From NCBI GenBank assembly GCA_963838925.1, contig CAWISW010000002.1:352001-416000 (forward strand): DNA of 64,000 nt. Direction: 5' to 3'. Each line of letters starts with the position of its first letter. Position 1 is the stretch's first letter. This document shows positions 1-8,101 of this stretch, piece after piece. A program made the position numbers and the translations under genes. The notes under the pieces are model-generated. The model did not search any database. It was not told the origin of the DNA and was given only the letters and a program-made list of their open reading frames with translations. Source of the DNA: an uncultured Nitrososphaerota archaeon. GTDB lineage: Archaea; Thermoproteota; Nitrososphaeria; Nitrososphaerales; Gagatemarchaeaceae.

Positions 1-114
1 AGCTTCCGGCTGTAGTGGTCGGCCTTGGTCGACCCGTCCAGCCTATTCAGGCCACAGAAACCGGAGTGTCGTCGGCTCAAAAGCGCGATTGCGCTGGAAT
101 TCCGACCCGCGGGA
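1..114 (+). tRNA. tRNA-Tyr(GTA), 5' end cut off by the window edge; two introns: 16-59 (canonical 37/38) and 82-100 (59/60, T-loop)
   Basis: Anticodon stem TCCGG(5-9)/CCGGA(61-65), loop CT-GTA-G|A. T stem GTCGG(71-75)/CCGAC(102-106). Acceptor 3' strand CCGCGGG-A. Both introns fold as bulge-helix-bulge motifs. Confidence 0.9.
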
Positions 115-174
115 CCTTCACGCTCATTCCCTCAAGGAGATTCTTAATAACGGGAGGCGGCGCGACGCGGCAGG

Positions 175-360
175 ATGTCTGCTAAGGGTCCTTCCCTAGC
201 CAGGTTGCTCGTTGTGATCCTGGTCCTTGCCGTGGCTGAGACGGGCTGGGCATACTACTGCGCTGAGGCGGGAGTCAACCTCCTCCTCTTCTACGTCGTC
301 CTGGTTGCTGCGTCGGCGGTGTTCTGGATTCCGGGGGTCGCCGAGAAGCGCGGCGCCTAG
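175..360 (+). CDS. Small two-TM membrane protein
   Basis: 61-aa hydrophobic ORF with a TATA-like TTAATAA about 30 bp upstream; first gene of the heme A cluster. Confidence 0.6.
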   Translation: MSAKGPSLARLLVVILVLAVAETGWAYYCAEAGVNLLLFYVVLVAASAVFWIPGVAEKRGA

Positions 361-403
361 TGGGACCGAGGGGCCGCAGCTACAAAGTCAAGGGAGGCCG
401 CGC

Positions 404-1300
404 ATGAAAGAGCCACACGCGCCGAGGTCCTCCTTCACCGGAAAGGCCGCGTTGGTGTCGATGGCCCTCGGGACGTCAGTCGCCGTCTTCAACATGTTCT
501 ACTGGGATCGCGACCAGTACTACTTCGCTCTCCCGGGGAGCTCCCCCGACTCTATCCTTTCCTTCTTCCTCGCCCAGTCCATCTCCATATTCCTCCTGCT
601 GCTGGGCTTCTATCTGGCCTATCGGTACCTGACGCTGTCCGCGGCGTCGCCCGTCGTCTCCCTCCTGGGGATAATCGGCAGCGCCATCTCTGATCGGAAG
701 CTCGCTCGTGTCGCCGTCGCCACGACGGTCCTCTACGGCCTGCTCTACGCCCTCGCGTCCAGCATCGTCGTCTTCCAGCCCGGGGTCGACTTCGCCTCGG
801 CGTACGGCGTGACCACCCCGACCTCGTGGAGCTCGGTCCCTTGCTGCGGCGACGTCGGCACCCTCCCCAAGCTCATCCTGTACCTCTCCCCCGCCCACCT
901 CGCGGTCCAGCTGGTCCCGCTGAGCGTCCTGCTCCTTTTCATCGTCCCGCCGCTCGTGGGGCTCAACCTCTCCATCGCGCTTTTCTCGGTCCGGAGGACG
1001 GTCGCCAAGGTCACAGGGAGGTGGATGGTGGCGTGCGGGGCGGCGGTCGGGCTCTTCACGGCCTGCCCCACATGCGCGGGCTTCTTCCTCGCAGAGTCCA
1101 TAGGGGGAATCGGGGCGACCACGCTCGCGGTCGCCCTGGCTCCCTACCAGGCTCTCTTCATAGCGGTCAGCATCCCGCTGCTCTTGGCGATGCCTTTCAT
1201 CTTCGCGAGCCGCGTCCGGAGGTCCACGATGACCGTCGCCCCCAACCCCACGTCGTCCGGGGCGACCCGAGATTCGGCCGTCTCGGCCGGAAACCGTTAA
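404..1300 (+). CDS. Multi-TM membrane protein with PCCG and CPTC motifs
   Basis: About 6 TM segments and Cys motifs; directly upstream of ctaB. Start moved to ATG 404 because the upstream part of the long ORF overlaps 175-360. Confidence 0.8.
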   Translation: MKEPHAPRSSFTGKAALVSMALGTSVAVFNMFYWDRDQYYFALPGSSPDSILSFFLAQSISIFLLLLGFYLAYRYLTLSAASPVVSLLGIIGSAISDRKLARVAVATTVLYGLLYALASSIVVFQPGVDFASAYGVTTPTSWSSVPCCGDVGTLPKLILYLSPAHLAVQLVPLSVLLLFIVPPLVGLNLSIALFSVRRTVAKVTGRWMVACGAAVGLFTACPTCAGFFLAESIGGIGATTLAVALAPYQALFIAVSIPLLLAMPFIFASRVRRSTMTVAPNPTSSGATRDSAVSAGNR

Positions 1301-1341
1301 ATGGCGAGAGAAAGGCGCGCCGAAAGGAGGATTTTCCTTAG

Positions 1342-2205
1342 TTGAGCATGAGGGACTACGTGGCCCTGACGAAGCCGAAGATCGTCTGGCTCCTCCTGCT
1401 CGTCGCCCTCGCCTCGGCTGTAATCGCTGCGCGCGGGCTCCCCTCGCTGGTCGTCCTAGGCGGCCTCTTCCTCGCCGGGAGCTTCTCGTCCCTCGGCTCG
1501 CTCGCTCTCAACAGCTACCTCGAGATGGACATCGACGCCAAGATGAAGAGGACCCGGAACAGGCCCCTCCCGGGGCAGCGCATCGTCCAGCCCAAGAGGG
1601 CGCTCGCCTTCGGGCTTTCGCTCATCGCCCTCGGATTGGTGATTTCCTACATCACGTTGACACCCCTGGCGACCCTCTTCATCGGGTTGGGTGCCCTGGT
1701 GTACGTCCAAGTCTACACCGTCTGGCTGAAGCCGAGGACGAGCTGGAACATCGTCCTAGGGGGATTCGCGGGCAGCTGCTGCGCGCTCGCGGGGTGGTAC
1801 GCCGTCACCACAGCCGACCCCTTGATCGCCTGGGTGCTCGCGGCTCTGGTATTCGTCTGGACACCCAGCCACTTCTGGAGCCTCGCGGTGATAACAGAGG
1901 AGGACTATTCTGCGGCGGGGATTCCAATGCTCCCCTCTGTGGTCGGGGAGAAGAAGGCCGCCAAGTTCATCGTGGTGAACACGCTCCTCCTGATCCCGAT
2001 AAGCCTCCTCTTCTTCCTCTACCTCACGGGGACCGGAGAGATCGTCTACCTCGTCGGGGCGATCGTCTTCGACCTGCTCTTGCTGGCGACCAACATCAAG
2101 CTGCTCATCGAGCCCAACAAGAGCAACGCTCTCCTTGCGTTCAAGGCGTCGAGCCCTTTCCTCGCCGTGATCTTCGTGCTGGCGTGCGTCAGCGTCGTGC
2201 TCTGA
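1342..2205 (+). CDS. ctaB: Protoheme IX farnesyltransferase (heme O synthase)
   Basis: LTKPKI, NSYLEMDIDAKMKRTRNRPLP, YTVWLK, WTPSHFWSLA, DYSAAGIPMLP. Confidence 0.96.
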   Translation: MSMRDYVALTKPKIVWLLLLVALASAVIAARGLPSLVVLGGLFLAGSFSSLGSLALNSYLEMDIDAKMKRTRNRPLPGQRIVQPKRALAFGLSLIALGLVISYITLTPLATLFIGLGALVYVQVYTVWLKPRTSWNIVLGGFAGSCCALAGWYAVTTADPLIAWVLAALVFVWTPSHFWSLAVITEEDYSAAGIPMLPSVVGEKKAAKFIVVNTLLLIPISLLFFLYLTGTGEIVYLVGAIVFDLLLLATNIKLLIEPNKSNALLAFKASSPFLAVIFVLACVSVVL

Positions 2206-2267
2206 CGCCATCATCCAACGGCCTCTCCAGAAACTCTTAACTAAGTTACACTGCGCGCCCTCGGTCC

Positions 2268-2757
2268 TTGAGCGCCGGAAGGTACCTCGTCTACGCGACC
2301 ATCGTCACGACCTTCGTGCTGATAGTGTGGGGAGGCTATCTGACCGCGGGCAACTACGGCGGCGATTGCGGCACTCCGAGCAACAACGCCATCAGCTCCG
2401 ACTGGCCGTACTGCAACGGCTCGCTCAACATCCCGAACCCTTACAACTCGGCAAGCTACGGCGCCTTCGTCGAGTACGTCCACAGGACCCTCAGCGTCCT
2501 CGTCGCTGTAGTCCTGCTGGCGACGGTTGCGGCCGTCTCGAGGATGAAGCCCAGGCCGGCAGGGGCCTACAGGGCACTCCTCATATCTCGGGGTCCTGCT
2601 CCTCATCCAAATCGGGCTGGGCAACATCGTCGTCAACTCCAACCTGAACGCCGTGTACTTGGCGGTCCATCTGGCGAACGCGACCGCCCTCTTCGGAGTG
2701 ATGATAGTCGCTGGCATCCGCATTCGTTCTGAAGAGCGCCCCGGCGGCTACTACTAG
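2268..2757 (+). CDS. ctaA: Short (4-TM) heme A synthase CtaA/COX15, with a frameshift near 2586-2593
   Basis: C..DWPYCNG and EYVHR. After the frame change it reads GVLLLIQIGLG...AVHLANA to a stop at 2757. Confidence 0.8.
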
Positions 2758-2817
2758 CGCCTGCCGAGGGCAGAAAGCTAAGTGCGCGCGGGTCGCACGT
2801 CTGGGAAGAAGCCCACC

Positions 2818-3315
2818 GTGAAGCGCCCTCCAAGGTTCGTCGCCGATGCCATGCTGGGGAGCCTGGCGAGGAAGCTCCGCATCTTCGGCTTCGACACACT
2901 CTACTTCAAGGCTGGGGCGGACGCAGAGCTTGAGGCCCTCGCTAAGCGAGAGGCGCGGACCCTCCTCACCTCCGACAAGCCACTTTTCGTCCACGCGCGG
3001 AGCAAGGGGATACGGTCGTTCCTCGTCGAGGGCGGCTCCGACAAGGAAAGGCTCGTTTCCGTCTTGCAACAGGCTGGACCAGAAATGGAGCTGGGCCTGG
3101 GAGGAAGACGGGCGAGCAGGTGCGCAGTTTGCAACGGAGAGCTCGAGGTCATCTCCAAGAAGGAGGCGGCCGACGCCAAGGTCCCGCCGAAGGTGCTCTC
3201 GAGGCACCGGCTCTTCTACCGATGCACCGACTGTTCGAGGTGCTTCTGGCACGGCGGGCACTGGGAGAGGCTGAGGCGGCTCGCCTACTCCCTCGAAAGA
3301 AAGGATTTAACCTGA
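2818..3315 (+). CDS. Mut7-C (DUF82) RNase domain protein with Zn ribbon
   Basis: FVADAMLGSLARKLRIFGFDT, LLTSD, RCAVCNG, CTDC..FWHGGHW. Confidence 0.9.
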   Translation: MKRPPRFVADAMLGSLARKLRIFGFDTLYFKAGADAELEALAKREARTLLTSDKPLFVHARSKGIRSFLVEGGSDKERLVSVLQQAGPEMELGLGGRRASRCAVCNGELEVISKKEAADAKVPPKVLSRHRLFYRCTDCSRCFWHGGHWERLRRLAYSLERKDLT

Positions 3316-3352
3316 ACGCGGCTCGCGGGCAATCACATCGCTGGAGCGGCCC

Positions 3353-4531
3353 TTGAAAGTGTACCTCGCGGCCTTCGGTTCTGGGATGGGTCACGCCTCG
3401 AGGATGGCGGCCCTCGCCGACGAGCTCGTGGCTTCCGGCGACGAGGTGATGTTCTCGAGCTCAGGGGAGGTGACTCGCTGGCTGAGGGGAAGAGGGTTCG
3501 TCTGCAACGACCTCCCCCTCGTCGACGTGGAGTTCACCGAAGCCGGCTCCTTCTCCGCCAGAAAGACCCTGAAGTTCTACCCGAGGCTGATGGCCCGGCT
3601 CTGCAAGCAGGTGCAGCGCGAAGTGGGGAACATGCAGAGGTTCGCGCCCGCGGTCGTGCTGAGCGACTCTGTGGCCTCGACCGTCATCGCCTCGCGGCTC
3701 CTCGGGATAAGGTCGGTCGTCGTACTGAACCAGCTCAGGCTCATCTCCTCGCCCAGGACCCCCCCGGCCATCGCCAAGATGCTGTCCGCGGCGAGCATCA
3801 CGGTCGGCAGCCTCTTCTGGGGGTTCTGCGACGAGATCCTGATCCCCGACCTCCCACCTCCCTACACGATAAGCGAGCGGAACCTATTGAACGCGGGCGG
3901 CGCCTCGGCGAGGGCGAGGTTCATCGGGCTGCTCACCCCCAGGTCGGCAGCGGTCCCTGCGGGGGACGAGACCCTAGAGGCCTGGCGTGGAGAGACGAGC
4001 AGGCGGAGGGTCTTCTGGCAGATCTCAGGCCCTCCCGCGACAAGGGGGCGCTTCCTGGCGAAGGCCCTCGAGACCGCCGAGGCGCTGCGGGAAGACCATC
4101 TCTTCGTCATCACCGCGGGCAACCCTGGAGGGAGCAGAGACCCTCTCCCCGTCCCGGGAGGGTATCTCTACCAGTGGTGCGGCTTCTCAAGCGCGTTCGT
4201 CGACTCGTGCGACGCCGTCGTCTCGCGCGCAGGCCACGTCAGCATTTCAGACTACATACAGCGCGCCAAACCTTCGATCCTCGTTCCCATACAGGCCCAG
4301 ACGGAGCAGATGGGAAACGCGAACAAGGCGCAGACGCTCGGCATCGCGATCGCGATGGACGAGCGGGACCTCGGCCCTGGTAAGATTAGGGGTGCCCTCG
4401 ACGCGCTGCGCGGCGGAAGCTACGCAAGCAGGGCGCAGGAGATGAAGAGGGTCGCCGAGGGCTACGACGCCGTCGGCTCCATCCTGGGAGTGTTGGAAGG
4501 CGCTAGCCGCGCCGCTTCATCGCGTCGATGA
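3353..4531 (+). CDS. GT-B glycosyltransferase (GT28/MurG-like)
   Basis: GSGMGHASR, VVSRAGH, P...QTEQMGNA. Confidence 0.88.
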   Translation: MKVYLAAFGSGMGHASRMAALADELVASGDEVMFSSSGEVTRWLRGRGFVCNDLPLVDVEFTEAGSFSARKTLKFYPRLMARLCKQVQREVGNMQRFAPAVVLSDSVASTVIASRLLGIRSVVVLNQLRLISSPRTPPAIAKMLSAASITVGSLFWGFCDEILIPDLPPPYTISERNLLNAGGASARARFIGLLTPRSAAVPAGDETLEAWRGETSRRRVFWQISGPPATRGRFLAKALETAEALREDHLFVITAGNPGGSRDPLPVPGGYLYQWCGFSSAFVDSCDAVVSRAGHVSISDYIQRAKPSILVPIQAQTEQMGNANKAQTLGIAIAMDERDLGPGKIRGALDALRGGSYASRAQEMKRVAEGYDAVGSILGVLEGASRAASSRR

Positions 4532-5507
4532 CCGCGTTCGAGTCGGCCTCGACCCCGCCGAACCTCCTCTCAGTGTACGGGCTCCCGGCCCGGAGGGCCT
4601 TTGACGTGAAGCCGCCTCTCATGCCGCCCTTCGACGCCCGCCCCAAGCCCAGAGAGCGATAGGTCGTGGCGACCTCGTCGTCCCGGACGAGCACGAGCGG
4701 GAGCGCGAGGCTGGGGAAGCGCTTCGCGAGCCCGGCCTGAGACCCCGAGGGACCGGGCCGCATGCCTGCGAACACCTCGCCCCTCTGGCCCTCGAGCCAT
4801 CTTCCTATCCTGCCCGCCGCATCCCCTCCTCCCCCCAAGACGAGCAGCTCCAGGCAGCGGGGGTCCATCCTGTGGGAGAGCTCAGAGTAGAGCCTCGCCA
4901 CGTGACGGAGCGCGACCTCGTCGGTCGTCGAGTGGACGAGCCTCAGAGAGAACCCCGAGAGCGCCGCCATCCAGGCCATGGACGAGCTCCGCTCCCCTCC
5001 GGAGACGAGGCACGAGACCCAGTCGCCCCCGGACGGAGCACCGCCAGGGCCGCTCCTGACCTCGGCGCCGCAGGCCCCCCTCGCCCCTTCAAGGCACACG
5101 CGGAACCTGACCCTGGGCTTCCTCTCGTCCACCCTGACGCCGGGTATCAAGGACAGCAGCTCCGAATTCCCGGCGAGGACCGCGTCGCCAGCGGTCTGCT
5201 TCGACCGGGTCACCTTCGCAGAGATCTTGAACGTCTTCCCCTTCGAGAGGTAGCGCTTCGCGAGCCGTCCGAGGTTCTCGAGGTACCCCTGGCCACCTCT
5301 GAAACGGAACCCCACCGCAATCCATCCTACCCCCGGAAGAAGCGCGAGCCTCCTCGCGACCTCCACGGGGTCTTCCGAGGCGACGAGCAGAGTGTCGTCG
5401 ATGCGGTCGACTTCACCGGCCCTCGCGGAGAGCTTCCCTACGACCGTCCTCTCGAGGTCCTCGAGCCTGCCCGACCCGCTCCAGCCGACCATCGCGACAG
5501 CCTTCAA
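4503..5507 (-). CDS. THUMP-domain ThiI-like protein with a degenerate PP-loop
   Basis: THUMP-like TFKISAK and VDERKP, then GPGGAPSG...CLVSGGERSS (ThiI has GGLP.G...LLSGG.DS). Confidence 0.7.
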   Translation of the reverse strand: MKAVAMVGWSGSGRLEDLERTVVGKLSARAGEVDRIDDTLLVASEDPVEVARRLALLPGVGWIAVGFRFRGGQGYLENLGRLAKRYLSKGKTFKISAKVTRSKQTAGDAVLAGNSELLSLIPGVRVDERKPRVRFRVCLEGARGACGAEVRSGPGGAPSGGDWVSCLVSGGERSSSMAWMAALSGFSLRLVHSTTDEVALRHVARLYSELSHRMDPRCLELLVLGGGGDAAGRIGRWLEGQRGEVFAGMRPGPSGSQAGLAKRFPSLALPLVLVRDDEVATTYRSLGLGRASKGGMRGGFTSKALRAGSPYTERRFGGVEADSNAVIDAMKRRG

Positions 5508-5626
5508 CAGCCGACGAGCAATGCCCGAGGTTTTTAAGCGGAAGGGGGCGGCCGCATCTTCGGGGCCCCGAGCGCACCGTCAAGTCTTAAAGGCAGGAAT
5601 CGCCCAACCGATGCTCCATCAGCATA

Positions 5627-6958
5627 ATGACAGAGAAGCCCATCGAGGAGGCAATTGCCGACGGCTCAGCACCGTGGCTCTCAATCAAGGAGGTCATGTC
5701 GAGGCGGTCCGTCCCCAGGGCCGGCCTGCGCGGGTGGGTCGCAGGAAAGGCGGGGATAGGCGGCATAGTGTTCATCGTCCTAAGGGACGGCACCGGGTAT
5801 CTCCAGGTGTCGGCAAAGAAGGGGGTCGCCCCCACGTCGGTGGTCGAGACGATGCGCGGGGTGCCGAGGGAATCCGTGGTGGCCGTGAAGGGCACCGCGC
5901 GCGAGGACAGGAGGGCCCCGGGAGGGGTGGAGCTCGCCGCCGAGGAGTTCGAGGTGGTCTCGAAGGCCGAGCCCTGGCCGATCACGAAGACCGCCGTGAA
6001 GTCCGCGTCATTCCTCTACGACATGCGCCACCTCAGCATCAGGGGCAGGAAGTCCATCGCGACGATGAAGATCAGGGCGGACGTGATGGGCGCGTGCTCC
6101 GACTTCTTCAGGGAGCGAGGGTTCACCCTGATTAGCGCCCCGACGTTCGTGCAGGCCGCGGTCGAGGGAGGCTCCACTCTGTTCGAGGTCGAGTACTTTG
6201 GGAAGAAGGCGTACCTGAGCCAGAGCGCCCAGTTCTACGAGGAGGCCGCCCTAGCGGGGCTCGAAAAGGTCTGGATCTGTCAGCCCGCCTTCAGGGCGGA
6301 GAAGTCCAGGACCGCGAAGCACCTCACGGAGTTCTGGATGATAGAGGCGGAGCGCGCGTTCGCCGATCAGGCAGAGAACATGAGGCTCCAAGAGTCCCTC
6401 GTCGCATTCGTGGTCGAAAGGATCCTCGAGAGGAGGGCCGACGAGCTGGCGACCCTTGGGAGGAAGCTCATCAAGCCCGAGCTGCCCCTTGAGCGCATCT
6501 CGTACGACGAGCTCAGGGAGACCTCGAGCGCCGGCGGGAACCCGTTCGAGTGGGGTGAGGACGTCCCGACCGAGGCTGAGAGGCAGTTCTCCCTCCTGAA
6601 GAACGCCCCGTTCTTCGTCACAGACTTCCCGCTCTCGGCCCGCTCGTTCTACCACATGACCTACGAGGACCGGCCGCACGTCACCAAGTCGGCAGACCTC
6701 ATAGCCCCGGAGGGCTTCGGCGAGCTGGCGACGGGAGGGCAGAGGATCTCGGAGTACTATCCTCTCCTCCAGAGGATAAAGAGCCAGGACCTCCCTCCCG
6801 AGGCGTTCTCGTGGTACCTCGACCTGCGGAAGTTCGGGATGCCCTACCACTCGGGCTTCGGCATGGGCGTCGAGAGGCTGACCAGGTGGATAGCGGGCCT
6901 CAAGAACATCAGGTCAGCGAGCCTCTTCCCGCGGACGACGACCAGAATCTCGCCCTGA
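5627..6958 (+). CDS. asnS: Asparagine--tRNA ligase
   Basis: OB-fold LRGWV/LRDGTG, YLSQSAQFY, FRAEKSRT.KHLTEFWMIEAE, HSGFGMGVER; closer to archaeal AsnRS than to AspRS. Confidence 0.82.
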   Translation: MTEKPIEEAIADGSAPWLSIKEVMSRRSVPRAGLRGWVAGKAGIGGIVFIVLRDGTGYLQVSAKKGVAPTSVVETMRGVPRESVVAVKGTAREDRRAPGGVELAAEEFEVVSKAEPWPITKTAVKSASFLYDMRHLSIRGRKSIATMKIRADVMGACSDFFRERGFTLISAPTFVQAAVEGGSTLFEVEYFGKKAYLSQSAQFYEEAALAGLEKVWICQPAFRAEKSRTAKHLTEFWMIEAERAFADQAENMRLQESLVAFVVERILERRADELATLGRKLIKPELPLERISYDELRETSSAGGNPFEWGEDVPTEAERQFSLLKNAPFFVTDFPLSARSFYHMTYEDRPHVTKSADLIAPEGFGELATGGQRISEYYPLLQRIKSQDLPPEAFSWYLDLRKFGMPYHSGFGMGVERLTRWIAGLKNIRSASLFPRTTTRISP

Positions 6959-7033
6959 TGCCCTTAGAAGTAATACTTTCACTCTCCCCCACGCTAACGC
7001 TTTTAAGCCCGCGGAAGGTCGTTCGAAATCATC

Positions 7034-8051
7034 TTGGTTGAAGCAGAGACGGAAGAGGTAGAGGAAGAGAACGAGGAGATGATAGTAACCGCCCTCGCCG
7101 GGGTGGGGCCGGCTACGAAGACGAAGCTGAACGACGCGGGGATTTTCACGATTCTAGACCTTGCGACGGCGGGGCCTGCAGACATCGCCGAGGCGATCGA
7201 CGTCGACATCACAAAGGCCGTCGACCTGAACAACAAGGCGAGGAAGAAGCTCGTCGAGATGGGGAGACTGGAGCCTGACTTTATCTGCGCCTCGGAGCTC
7301 CTCACCAAGCGCAAGAACATCAGCCGCCTCTCCACTGGCTCCGCCGAACCTGGACGAGCTCCTCGCTGGGGGCATCGAGACGTGGGCGATGACCGAGTTC
7401 TACGGAGAGTTCGGCTCGGGGAAGACCCAGATATGCCACACGCTCTGCGCCATGGTGCAGCTCCCCCTGGACCAGGGAGGCCTCGACGGGGGCGCGATAT
7501 ACATCGACACCGAGGGGACCTTCAGGCCGGAGAGGCTTGCCCAGATCGCCGAGGCGAGGGGCATGGACCCCGAGGCCGTCCTCTCCAAGGTGATGGTCGC
7601 CAGGGCGTACAACAGCGCCCACCAGGAGCTGATCGCCAAGGACCTTGGGAGGATAATCGAGAAGAACAACATCAAGCTCGTAATCGTCGACAGCGCCGTA
7701 GCGCACTACAGGGCCGAGTTCCTGGGCAGGGGGACGCTCGCCGAGAGGCAGCAGAGGCTCAACCGGTTCATGCACCAGCTCCTGAGGACGGCCGAGATTT
7801 ACAACATCGCGATAATACTCACGAACCAGGTGCAGTCTGCCCCTGACAGCTTCTTCGGCGACCCCACCAGGGCGACGGGAGGGCACGTCGTGGCGCACAC
7901 CAGCACCTACCGCATCTACCTGCGCAAAGCGGGGAAGAACCGCATCGCGAGGATGATCGACAGCCCGTACCACCCCGAGAGGGACGCGGTCTTCATGCTC
8001 GACGAGAAGGGGGTTGACGACCCGCCCGAGGAAGGCACGAAGAGAAGATAG
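7034..8051 (+). CDS. radA: DNA repair and recombination protein RadA, with a +1 frameshift near 7343
   Basis: N-terminal HhH (GVGPAT) and ...STGS. It continues in the next frame as NLDELLAGGIETWAMTEFYGEFGSGKTQ, YIDTEGTFRPER, LAERQQRL. Confidence 0.93.
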
Positions 8052-8101
8052 GCCCCGGGCAACTGTTTTAATATCTTAGACTGTGGGCTTGGAGAGTCTT
8101 C

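Noticed and set aside
2586-2593. ctaA pseudogene or recoding
   Set aside because: Both halves are otherwise intact, so this is probably a sequencing indel; a read check is needed.
7340-7350. Split radA as a programmed frameshift, intein or pseudogene
   Set aside because: One extra base restores a normal RadA. There is no slippery site or intein, and similar indels occur in ctaA and a cargo gene, so an assembly error is most likely.
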